64,000 nucleotides of DNA from the human T2T-CHM13v2.0 reference genome, Homo sapiens, in assembly GCF_009914755.1 (NCBI RefSeq), contig NC_060934.1, one strand, 5' to 3'. A program made the position numbers and the translations under genes. Under the pieces are notes generated by a model. It was not told where the DNA came from. It made no database searches and saw nothing but the letters and a program-made list of their open reading frames with translations. Positions 12,946-26,850 of the stretch are shown in pieces. Numbering within the stretch: the first letter of the stretch is position 1; every line of letters starts with the position of its first letter.

Positions 12946-13589
12946 TTAAAATAATATCTAAGCCCTTTTCTACAGTATTTGTTTTCATACTTCAAAGCAG
13001 TATGCCACAATTTACAGTATCTTAACCTGGAACTTGTTCCAGAATATACCTCTAAAGTCAATAAAGGTTTGTTGTACACATTGTAAATGAAAACCACATT
13101 TAAAGAGAAATATAACTACTTAAGAAAATAAACTTTTCTCTGTCAGCCAATAGTAATTTGCTTCTTATATGTTTCCTAGAAATATTGTTTCCAAAGACCT
13201 TAATTTTTATCAGGCTTTCCTCTATAGTTTAAAATGAGTAATAAAGACAGTAAGAAAAGTGTTGGTATTAGGATTAGAACAAAAAGCTCCCTTTGCTTTT
13301 CTGAATATTCTCATTTGTCATAACATTAATATATGCAGATATAGTACTGATTACATTTCCTTCTCATAAAAGAGACACTAGCTAAGAAGATGCCTACATA
13401 TGGAAAAGACACGGCTTGATCTACCAATACAACTATATTCTTCCTTTCCAAATCATTTCCATATCTGGCCAAAAGGTTGTTTGTGGTGCTTTAACAAAAG
13501 GAAAATTTACTGTGGAATATTGCATAAAAGAATTCCTAATAGAAATGACTCTACTAGGCATGATTTAGTATAAGGCGAGATATTCAGTG

Positions 13590-13830
13590 TCTAAGAGTAC
13601 CGGTTCTGGGGCTATCTTGCCTGAGTTTGGGTCCTTACTCCATTATCCACTTATGCCCATCTATGAACTTGGGTGAACTTTCTAACCTCTGTGCACCACA
13701 GTGAGGATGTGATACTGCTTAATTCATAGGAATACCCACTCACATCAGTGAAGGAAGGTTAGATCAATGTAAAATGCTTAGAACAGTGCCTGGCATTAGG
13801 TAAGAGCTTGGTAGATGTTATTATTATTAA
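13590..13830 (+). mobile_element. MIR
   Basis: cctgagtttgggtcc...ttgggtgaactttctaacctctgtgc...tgtaaaatgcttagaacagtgcctggca. Confidence 0.65.
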
Positions 13831-14391
13831 TGATATAGTTGAGGGTGCTGTTCATCATTCTACAGAACTGAGTAAGTTTGTATGAACTGTCAAAGGAGAC
13901 AGGGAAGTCAGGGATGAGGCATGGACGACCAGCTGGCCACTGAAGTCCCCTGAGGCCTGGTGTGTGGCCATCATGATTTACGGTCAGATCTTTGAGTTTG
14001 CAAGCATGGAAATTGTAGTCTTTTAATATTTCAGAGGTGATTGAGCTTCAGTGGATAAAGCCACAAGCTCTAAATTCCCAAGAGACTATGACCTGGCCCT
14101 GGAATCGTAATGATTAAGTATCAAGTTAACTGAACATTTATGTTAATGAGTCAGGACTTTCTTTCCTTAGTTAAATGCACACAGGAAGCTAAGCAGGGTG
14201 AGTATAGAATCAGAGCAATGGAAAGTAGTGCAACATGCCCCCTCAGCTGCACAACCAAATCTAATTCCTGGGAAGAGGGTGAGGTCTCCTGAGTTTTCCT
14301 GGACCTCCTTCATCAATCTCAGAACTCAACCTTTCATTCTTTGTCATAGACTGACAACACTACTATGGACTTTAAAAAATAAATAAATAAA

Positions 14392-15602
14392 TGGCCTGTG
14401 CTTGCCCTATTGGACAGCACAGAATCAGAACATTTTTATCATTGAAGATCTATTGGACAACACTATTCTAGACAGTATTATTCCTTAACAGAGACATAAA
14501 AATATTCTAGAAGCCTATGGCCACTCGAATTGACTGGGCTTAGAATTCAAAGCTTAGCCAAAATGCCTCCATTTACTTTCATTCTTTTTGTAAATAATTT
14601 TGTTTTATCATTTATTTTGCTATGTAAAGAAGTTATAAGGACTTCTTTTCCCATCTTTCTCCCTCCTGACAGCTAAACACTATGAATTAATAAAAAATAT
14701 AAATTCATAAACAATATACATATATAAAACAATATGGATAATTTTCAGCTTGCTCACCTTACTCCAAAAGTTTGCTACTTTGATCAGGTTATAAAGTAAA
14801 CTAAAAGGTATTTTAGCTACTTTCATTTTAATCTTTAGACATTTTAGCAAATTTTTCCGGATGTCTAGATATTCTCTATTGAAAGTTCCTATTAGATGAA
14901 TGCTGTCTACCTCCTCCTGTTTATCTATCTCTGTCTTTTCCTACACAATTAGCACCTCATGATCTGGGACCACTGATGTAGTAAACATATTGAAATAGAA
15001 ATTGTGAAAGCTTTTTATTTGTACTTATCGGCACCATAAAAATCACTCAACTGTGATGATTTATTTTCACTGAGGTCATCTTCATAATTTTGTATTTTTT
15101 TTAGACCTGTGCTAATACTCCAGCCACTAGGCACATGTGGTTATTAAAATTTGAATTTATAACGATTAAAATTATTAGTTTTAAAGGCCAGGGGCAGTGG
15201 GTCACATCTGTAATCCCAGCAGTTTGGGAGGCTGAGGCGGGAGGATCGCTTGAAGCCAGGAGTTCAAGACCAGCCTGGGAAAAATAGCAAGACTTTGTCG
15301 CTATTTTTTAAAAAAGAAGTTAAAAATTCAGATTCTCAGTCCCATCAGTTACATTTCAAGTGCTAAAGAACTGCTTGTGGCCTGTGACTACCATATTGGA
15401 TAGCACAAAATCAGAACGTTTTCATTGCTGAAGTTCTGTTGGAAAACGCTATTCTAGACAGTATTATTCCTTAACAGAGACATAAAAATATCTCTAGAAG
15501 CCTATGGCCACTCTAATTGACTGGGCTTAAAATTCAAAACTTAGCCAAAATGCTTCCATTTTCTTTCATTCTTTTTGTAAATAATTTTATCATTTATTTT
15601 GC
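14392..15602 (+). repeat. ~225-bp direct duplication (14392-14620 and 15378-15602)
   Basis: Both copies run tggcctgtg...ctattctagacagtattattccttaacagagacataaaaata...catttattttgc. Confidence 0.93.
15107..15452 (-). mobile_element. MER3-like hAT-Charlie DNA transposon interrupted by a FLAM Alu monomer (~15186-15316)
   Basis: MER3 motifs agccactag.cacatgtgg, acatttcaagtgct, ccatattgga.agcaca, gttct.ttgga. The inserted monomer runs ggccaggggcagtgg...gaccagcctggg. Confidence 0.75.
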
Positions 15603-15918
15603 ACAGAGCATGAAATTATAATTTCTCAATGAGCTTGTTGGTGACTGACTTTCTCATGGGAAAGCAGATGGGATATGTAATGACAGCACAGTATTATTTA
15701 TTTAGTCATGTGGCACTCTGTTATAGCTATCATTTATTCTCAGTGCCCTTTTTAATAAAAAAATTACTATAATGGTGCAGGCTCTGTAGGAGAAACAAAT
15801 GTCATGCCAAGTTTCTCTATTCTCTGCCAAACATTTGTATTTCTCCTTTGTCAGCCTATTGGATTGCAACTCTTACAGTCTCAAGCTTCCCTTTAAGCTT
15901 CTCATACCCCATATTATC

Positions 15919-16271
<353 letters not shown>

Positions 16272-16899
16272 TGATATTTACTAAAGCTTATGTTTAAATG
16301 TATTTTCGTATACTCTACCTACTCCTCTGAGACTTGTTCTTCTGTGGTGATCATGACATACCCATCCTTAACCATAGTATCCTTATTCACACACTTATAT
16401 AATCAGCTTTAAAAATATAGAAACATGTGAGGTCTCTGGGGTGAAAGTTCCAAGAGGGAAGGGAAATCTGTTTTAGATGTGGGTTGGTGGAGAAGATGGC
16501 CAGCTGGGACATGAGGGGAAGTGCCCTAAGTGGTGAAGATGATCTAAGGCTGTGGTTCTTAGGAGTTTGCGGGGCAATCAAGGAACCTTATGAAGGTAGG
16601 TTGGGATCTGTGGAAACTCCTCCTTCTGAAATGTACTCCAAGTATTTTGCATATGATTTCACATAGAGAATGTACCTTCAAAGCCTACTGATAGCTCCAT
16701 GGACCTCAGATTTAGAGCCCTCTCTCCTGACATCAGCAAACAGTACACAGTTAAGGCACTTTAAGGCCACAAGCATAGAAAAAGTTTCCAGGGGCACTTT
16801 AATACATTCCTTTACAGACATTTTCCAAGTACTACCATCACCCCAGTATTGTTCATAGGTGATGGAGACAGAGAAACAGCATGGTCCTTTGCCTAAAGA

Positions 16900-17750
16900 A
16901 ATGTATTTATTTGCTGGACAAATATAGAGTGCCTACCATATGCAAGCATTCCTCCACATCCTGGGCATAAAGATGGGGAGAAAGGAAAGTTCAGGCCCCA
17001 AGGCAGCTTATATTATAGTGGGAGAAACAGTCAATTAATAATAATATAATTCAGGTAGTGATACGATCAATGAAGAAAAATAAAGTATGATATGGTAAGG
17101 AGTGTGATGGGGCCTCTTTAAATAGAATCTTGGGCAGGCCTTCTTGTGGGATCTCAACCAAAACACACTTAAATGAAATGAGGGGGTAATCTGTGCAAAT
17201 ATCTGGGAGGGGACCCCAGCCAGACCACAGTAACTAAAGCCTCATGCAGTGTGTTTGAGGAATGCCAGGAAGGTTGGTGTGACAGGAGATTAGTGAGCGA
17301 GGTGTAGGATGGGGTCACAAAGATGGAGAGATGGTGGTGACCACGTAGGACGTTAGGTTATGTTAAGCAAGTTGGATTTTTCCCTAAGGTGCAAAAAGGA
17401 GAATTCGTTGGAAGGTGACAAAGAGAGTAGTAGTGACATCTGATTTATATTTAAAATAAAAAATAAGATCGTTCTAGCTACAATGTGGGAGAAACATGAA
17501 AATTGGAAGACCAGCTTGGAGGTTGTCACAGTAGTGCAGTTAAGATACAATGGCAGCTTGGACCCAGGAAGTCACCGTGAAGAAGATGAGATGTGGCCAG
17601 AGTGAGGATGAGCTCTGAAGGTCGAGCTGGCAGGATGTGCTGATGGGTAGGACGTGGAGTGTGAGAAGGGGACAAGTTGAGAGATCAAGCCTGAGCAATG
17701 GAGTGAATGGAAGTACAACATACTGAAATAGACATGTAAATCAAAGACAT
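16900..17750 (+). mobile_element. L2 remnant
   Basis: gagtgcctaccatatgc...atagtgggaga...tgtttgaggaat...gatgtgctgatgggtagga. Confidence 0.6.
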
Positions 17751-18299
17751 AATGCAGTGTGTTAAATTCAGAAAAATAACAGCTGTGGAAGAAGAGAAAG
17801 AAAAGCAAGCAAGCAAGCCTAGTCGCCCAAGGAATTTCAACCCCCAAACCACCATGAATAAAAACAATAAAAAGTGTATCCAGAGAGATGGAGGCCTGAC
17901 AATTAAATACACCATAACTCTCTATAGTTTCAAGTATTATTGTATTATTTTCTTTAGAAATGAAATAAAACTCTCAAGAAGTCCTGGGTGACATGTGACA
18001 TGGTGCTCCCAGATGGTGGCTTTAGTGAGAACTATTTTGGTAAGTCACTGAGGGTGAAAGTAAGATTGGATATGTGCAGCAAGGAGCTAGAGTAAGAAAA
18101 GTAAGTATTTGTAAGGTTTTTGATTGTGAAAGACAAGGAAGGGTAATGTGTACAGAGGATGATTACTATCTAAGGACAGTTGGTTTTTATTTTAAAATAA
18201 AAGAGCTTCAAGAAATCAGAGTTCAAGGAGGATTAGGTGGCTGCAGTTTGCAGGGTAGAGTACCAAAAAGAAGAGACCAACATACAGCAATAGCTCCAG

Positions 18300-20400
18300 A
18301 AATCCAGTTAATGGTCCTCTGGATTCTCTGAAGTCTAATCTGTATGGGGTGGAACTCCACCTGGCAAAGGACATGCATGAACAACTCTCAGGGTGCCGTT
18401 AAGTCAAACCCTCTCTAGAGCTCACACCGGTCTGGGAAGCATTGTAATTTGCTTGGAAGGCATGGAGGGTCTTATTGAATACCTGGGGCATTAATAAGAG
18501 TCCCCAGAAAAGTCATGCGTTAATAGTCGTGTGGCTAAACTATCCAGCCCTATAGAAAAGGTTTCTCTAGTCCTGCCCTACCTAATAAAGCTTAAAAACG
18601 GGCTTTAAATAGATTAACCTGATCCATAAGTAAGATAACTGCCTGCCAGAACAAAATTCAATATCCTTTAAGGAACACTTCTCCTCCCCCAGCCCCCAAA
18701 AGAATCTAGATGCTCAGCTACATAATTTTCACAATGCCCAGTATCCAATACAAAATTGTTAGGTGTGCAAAAAAGGAAAATGTGACCTATAACCAGGAGA
18801 AAATCAGTTAATAAGCTAATAGAGGAGGTAAAATGGGATACTAAAAAAACCCAATCAACTGAAAAAAGGCAGAATAAAAGGAACAGGGAGCAAATGTGAC
18901 AAAGTGAAAACAAATAGCAAGATGATCAATTAAGACCCAACCATATCAACAACCACATTGGATATAAATAACCTAATATTCCAACAAAAAGTGATTGTCC
19001 AACTGAGTAAAAAAGCAAGACTCAACTCTCACCTGTCTATAAGAATCCTCCTTTACATATAAAGGTACACATAAAAGTAAAAACATGAAAAAAGATATAT
19101 ACCATGCAAACACTAATCATAAGAAATCTGCAGCACCTATGTTAATACCAAATGAAATACATTACAATTGCAGGACAAAGAATATTGCCTGAGAAAAAGA
19201 TGGACATTTTATGATACAAAGGTTTATTTTTTAATGGTCCTAAGTGTTATGCACCTAATAACACAAGTTTAAGATACATGATGGCAAAAAAGGCTATGCG
19301 ATAGCATAAGAAACAATGAAATACTTAGACACTAGTTTAACAAAATAAAATCAATACCTATATGCTGAAAACTATAAAACATTTCTGAGACAAATTAACT
19401 AAGACCTAAATAACTGAAGAGATAAAAGTACTATGTTGGATACAGATACATTGCTGGCAGGAATGCCAATGGTAGAACTACTTTGGAAAAATAAATTGTA
19501 TTTTTTTCTTTTTTTGAGACAGGGTCTCACTCTTTTGCCCAGGCTGGAATGCAGTGGTATGACTGTAGCTCACTGCAGCCTTGAACTCCCTGGTCAAGCG
19601 ATCCTCCCACCTCAGCCTCCCAAGTAGCTAGGACTACAGGTGCATGCCACCACACCTGGCTAATTTTTTCACTTTTTGTAGAGACAGGGTCTCACTATGT
19701 TGCCCAGGCTGGTCTTGAATTCTCGGCCTCAAGTGATTCTCCTGCCTCAGCCTCCCAAAGTGCTGGGATTACAGGCATGAGCTACAGTGACCCAAAATTA
19801 TATTTTCTTATAAAGTTAAACATGCACTTGCCAGACAAGCCAGAAATTTTACTTCTGGGCATTTGCTCAAGAGAAATGAAAACATTTGTCCATAACAAGA
19901 CTTGTATAAAATGTGCATGGCAACTTTCATACATAATGGTTCCAACTTGAAACAACCCAGAGGTCTATCAACAGTTGAATGGATAAACAAATCGTGATAT
20001 ACAATGGGATACTACTCAGCAGTAAAAAGAAAGGTAAAAACAAATGAGATCCATGAAACATGGATCTCAAAAATATTCTGCCACATGAAAGAAGCGTACA
20101 CAAAGGGTCCCTATGTAGTAATTTCATTACTACTAAATTATAGGACAGGCGAAACTGATCTGCAGTGGAAGAAAGGAGATCAGTGGTTGTCTGGGACCAG
20201 TCATAGGAGGGGAATCAACTGCAATGAGGCAGGAGAGAATGTTGTGGGGCATGGAAACTTTCACATATTGCTTGGAATGGTTGGTTATACAGATGTGTAT
20301 GTTTCTTAAAATTCTATACAGATGTATACATTCCTCAAAACTCATCAAACTTACACTGAAAATTACTGCATTGTATTACATCTAAATTGGCCCTCTGTAA
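18300..20400 (+). mobile_element. Old L1M fragments, interrupted by an antisense AluJ-like element at ~19500-19793
   Basis: L1 motifs (aaagatatataccatgcaaacactaatc; gaaacaacccagaggtctatcaacagttgaatggataaacaaa) plus a reverse Alu. Confidence 0.75.
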
Positions 20401-21559
20401 GCTGGATTCAAAAGAAGTAAAGGAAGAATTTAGTTGACAGGGAGGAGTTGACTACTCATGAGACAGAAGAGATTATTAATAATATAAAGTAAGATGAGAA
20501 TGTGTCCATTCTGTGAGAATAGGAGATTGAGTTATCTAATGTGCTATTCTTAGCGTCTGGCACTTAATAGGGATTCAATAAATGTTTATTAAATAAATGA
20601 ATTAATGAAGGTGAATGAGTTAAAAAGCCAAAGCACCTATTAGGGATTGGCCTTGGATATTTTCTCTGATGTAATAGAACATGTGCAGATATAGGTAGAT
20701 TTGAATCTGCAAGTTGGAAGTTGATGGAGTTTCCATCTGGTAACTTTATTTTTTCTGAAAATTTTGCTGGGTGAGGAGGAAAGAAAGGGGGAAGTAAGAG
20801 TGTTAAATGTTCAAGGATAGTAGAAATGTTTGAAATAATTTTGTTCTTTTGAGAAGGAAAAATCAAGTTTACAAAAGAAATGTAGAAACCTGGTTTGCAG
20901 TGAGGCCCTCTCAATTGCTGGTCATGAATTTATAATGATACTAATTTTCTTCTAGTTTAACATTCTTTGAGAATGGTTGGACACTTGGGTATAAATGCAA
21001 AGAAGAAAATACTAGTGTTCACTTGTGGTTTGGGTTTGAGAAGATTCATCTGATGAAAAGACAGAGAGACAAGGAGGTTTATGCTTTAGCAGAAGTGTTA
21101 TTCAGATAATAGAACATGCAATCTAAGCAACTTAAGAGGGGAATAAGGGAGAAAGCTGATAAAGGGAGAGAAAACAGAGGGAGTAAATGGACTGGGGATC
21201 CAAATGCAATTGAAGAATCTCTGTAGTGGGAGTAGTTGAAAAAGTCAAGTTGTATCTTTCACCACTTGCTGGTTGGCTACCAAGAACCCCTCAGAGCCTG
21301 AACACTGTGGGTGCGGCAGGAAACCCATCTATGGGCAGATAGAGAAAAATTAATGTATTCTCAAGCATAATAGCAGAAGACAAAGCTGAATGATAGATGG
21401 ATGCTACTGAGTCAGAATTAGTAAAAGAGACAGGAGAGAACTTTCAAAAGTAATGAGAACACTTCTCTTCTGCCTAGGATATAGTGGTAGCAGGCAGCAG
21501 CAGGCATTTCTCCAGCTACAATAACTATGAAAAGCAGATGGATTTAAAACTATGATTGA

Positions 21560-22140
21560 AGAGCTTTGGAAAGGCAAATTAAAAAGACTGATAATACCAA
21601 GTGTTGGTGAGGATGTAGAGCAAGTGGAACTCTCATTCATAACTGGTGGGAATGTAAATTGATAAAAACCACTTTGGAAAACTGTTCGACAGTACCTACA
21701 AAAGGGAAATATATGTCTACCCCATGACTCATCAATGCCATTCCTAGATAAATACCCAAGAGAAATGTATGTATCCACAAAAAGACATGTAAAAGAATAT
21801 TCATTGTGACCTATGATTTCCTTAAACTGGAAAGAAAAGAACCCAAACTGGTATATTTATATACTGGAATACATTATATAGCCATAAGAAATATGACTTA
21901 GCTATATAAGCAAAAATGTGAAAGAACTGCAACAGGTATTGCACTGAGCTAAAGAAACCAAATATGAAAGAGTGAATGTTGTATGATTCCTTATATGAAG
22001 TTCAAAAATGGAAAATTAAGTGATTATTTTAAAAGTCAGAATAATGGTTATCTCTCATGGGGGCAGGGTGGCTTAGGAAAGGAGTGTGAGGAAACCTTCA
22101 AAGATACTAGAAATGTTCTATACCTTAGTTGGAGAGCTCT
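21560..22140 (+). mobile_element. Old L1M 3' fragment
   Basis: aaaagactgataataccaagtgttggtgaggatgtagagcaa.tggaactctca...ggtgggaatgtaaatt. Confidence 0.75.
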
Positions 22141-22661
22141 GAATTAATATTCTGGAAGATCAAGTGGAAGAAATACCTAATAACACAAACAGAGTCAATT
22201 TTGCTTTTTAATCCAATCTAACAGCCTTAGTTGGATTTATTTACCCTAGTGATGTTTATTTTGATCATTGACTTATTTGATTTTATTCCTATCATTTTAT
22301 TTGAAGTTGTGGTTTTTCTTTGCTATGTTTTCATCTTGTAATTTCTTTTGTATTTTCTGTCCCTTTTCTGAGTTGAGCAATTTTCCTTTGTTTTCCCTTC
22401 TTTCTGGCAGTGTGGAACTTTGGTTACTTATTGGTAGCGTATCTATTAAATACACATTTTAACCTGCATTTTTTTCTATTAATTTACATTAATATGTAAA
22501 AATAAATAATAGCTGGGCAACATTCCTCTTTTTTTAAAACCAAAAATTTTCTTTACCTGTTTTGTTGAAAAAAAAAATCTGTTTTAATTCCAAGCCATTA
22601 TTAGTTTTTTTTCCCTTATAAATCATCATCACTTCAGGAATCCTTTCTTAAGAATTGCATT

Positions 22662-22959
22662 GGCCAGGTGAGTTGGCTCATGCCTGTAATCCCAGCACTT
22701 TGGGAGGCTGAGGCAGGTGGATTCCCTGAGGTCAGGAGTTGAAGACCAGCCTGGACAAAATGGCAAAACCCCATCTCTACTAAAAATACAAAAATTAGCC
22801 AGGCATGGTGGTGGGCACCTGTAATCCCAGCTACTCAGGAGGCTGAGGCAGAGAGAATAGCTTGAACCCAGGAGGTGGAGGTTGCAGTGAGCCAAGATCG
22901 CGCCATTGCACTCCAGCCTGGGCGACAGAGTGAGACTCCATCTCAAAAAAAAAAAAAAA
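22662..22959 (+). mobile_element. Alu (AluS-like)
   Basis: Full dimer with A tail; degenerate TSD aattg.att. Confidence 0.95.
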
Positions 22960-25154
22960 ATTGTATTATGATTCACATCATCTGCAGCATTTAGTAAGCT
23001 AAACAGCAAAATACATTTTACTGTATTTTTTGATCCACCACAGTTGTTTTTATATTTTGGTCCTCCCAAGTTGTGGCTGGAGGTTTTGCCTGAGCAATTT
23101 GTTTAAGAGTGTATGGTTGATATACTTTTTGAGTTTGTGAACGCCTGAACATCTGAATGACAACCTAGCCAGACATAAAATTCCAGAGTCACAATCCTTT
23201 TCCCTTGGACCTTTGTTGATTATCTTCAATAAGCAGTCAGGAGAAGGAAAGGTATAGGTCATTTGCTGAGGTCTTTCTTCTTATTATTCAATATTATTTC
23301 TGCTTCCTGTTGTATATTTTCTATTTGGTCAAGCTAATATTTTATCCACCATAAACAAATACTCCCATTTTAAACCATCTTGTGTTATTTTCCCCATTTG
23401 CATATCCTCCCTTCTCATTGCCATCCATCCCATTTTATCTGTTCTTCAAATCATATCTGAAGTTCTACCACATCCATGGAGCTTTCTCTATTTACCCCAG
23501 TTTCAAATTAATTTCCCCACTCTCATCATAGTATTTATTGTTTCTGCCATATGTTTTGCACTTCATAAAATCCTAGAATTTTATATCTGGAAGAGATCAT
23601 ACTCCAGCTTCCTAACTTTTCAGATTAAAAAAAACCATGGTCAGTGAGCCACATGTGTCACTTGGGTGATGTGAGGTCCTCGGGCATTCTGGGGCTACCC
23701 TTTAATACCTAAAGAGGATGGTTCTCAAGCCCCAAACCCTAACTACATTCAGAAGTCCTCCCTTAAGATTTCTGTGGATTTCCAGGGCCTTCTGCTCTCA
23801 TGATTAGTGTTGCAGCCAGCATCCCAGCCATTCCTCTTTGCTCAGCTAGAGGCCACCTTTTCTCATTGGATCATGTCTAGAATCACAAGTGCCACCAACC
23901 TGTTGTACACAACTGATTTTTTACTGAAGATTTGTCTTCTCTAAAAGGGTCTACGAGCTTTAAGAACAAACAAGACTTTTGTAACTTTTATAGCTTCTAG
24001 TATAGTGGGAGCCATAGAAAAACAGCAGCTTTACTTTGGGTGCTAGACAATGCCGTTCTAAAATTCAGCAGCCATTTCTCCTCCAAAAGGGAAATTTTAT
24101 CCTGGCTGTGTCCTTTCAGGTCATTGTTTCTTGCTATCTTCTTTCTTCTTTACTCTTCCAAACTCACACAATCATGTTTCCTTGGAGTAATCAGAGTAAT
24201 ATATTTCTCCATTCTCTACCTAAAATGAAACAATCTTAAAAATATTCCATGACATAGTAAGATGTCTATATAGGAATGCCAACACAAAGAACCAGCTAAA
24301 GCTTTGAAATACAGTTTTTTTCCTTTATCCCAAGCAGAACTCCATCCTTCATTAGTCTCTGGAAATGGAAGAAAAATAGTGTAATAATTTGTTTTCTCCT
24401 TGACCACAGAAAGCCTCTATGTGCTATGAACAATAGTTCGTTTCAATTATGCATTTCAATAACACATGAATTCTCAGGAAACAGGTCTTCTTAGAGTCCT
24501 ATACTTTTCTTTAGACTATATTATCATTTCCCCTGTTCCAGGTTTTATTCAATTTTACATTTTGTTATATGCTCTTTTCTACTGCTTTTTTTATTGTTTT
24601 ACATATGTACTTCCTGCTTTTCTAGAGTCTAGTGGTTGGAAAGCAAGTATTGATTATTGAGATGGTCATGGAATAAAATATATACAGGTATTCAAGGATT
24701 GTGTATATTGAGTAAGCATTTATATCATTTGATAAACATCTGTCATGTGCCAGATGACGTGCTAAGTGCTTTACATACATGACCTCTACTCCTTTCCTTG
24801 TTTCTTTGAGATAGTACCTTTGAGATAGGTACTATTATCCTCATCAAACAGAAAAAGAAATTGACATTCTAGTAGCATAATTCATTTGATTCCACATGGC
24901 TAAATTGAGAAACTAGACCTGTCAGATTCCAAAACATTTGGCTCTTCCCACCATACCCCAGGCATTCCAATGCTGACAATTGTTTCTCTAGCGGTTGATG
25001 TATTTTTAATGAAAAACTTTGCAGTGCACTTATTGGGCAGTGACCACATCCTTTTTGCAAGATTACATTTTCTTTAAGTTTTAAGACCCATTCATTTTTA
25101 ATGTGATTTTTAAAGCTCATATGTGAAACTGATAGTTTTCTTTCTGCCTTTCAG

Positions 25155-25272
25155 TTTGACCCATTAATGATTGAAAGCAAAAAAGCAGCAACTGTGGTGT
25201 TAATGCTTAATTCTCCAGAAGAGGAAATTTTGGCTAAAGCATGTGAAGCCATTTATAAATTTGCTTTAAAAG
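25155..25272 (+). CDS. ARMC3: ARMC3 exon 3 (FDPLMIESKKAATVVLMLNSPEEEILAKACEAIYKFALK)
   Basis: Acceptor ttctgcctttcAG, 118 nt, donor AAG|GTTTGG, phase 0 to 1. In frame with its neighbours. Confidence 0.93.
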
Positions 25273-25529
25273 GTTTGGATTTTTTTCAGTTTATCTTTCT
25301 GTTTCATTAATTTCTTAAAATATTTACTACCTCTTGGGCACTTTTCTTCCTAGTCTTTAACTTACTTGCTGTCGGATGAATTATTTCAGACAACCAGGAT
25401 ATTATTTAATGCATTACCTAAGAGCAATCTCTCTTCCTGAGTTCCTAGCTTAATCTTAAGGAGTAATTTAGTCACTGGGTAGAACAGTCATTCTGAAAGT
25501 TTCATTGTAGTTTTAGAAATTGTAAATGT

Positions 25530-26850
<1,321 letters not shown>

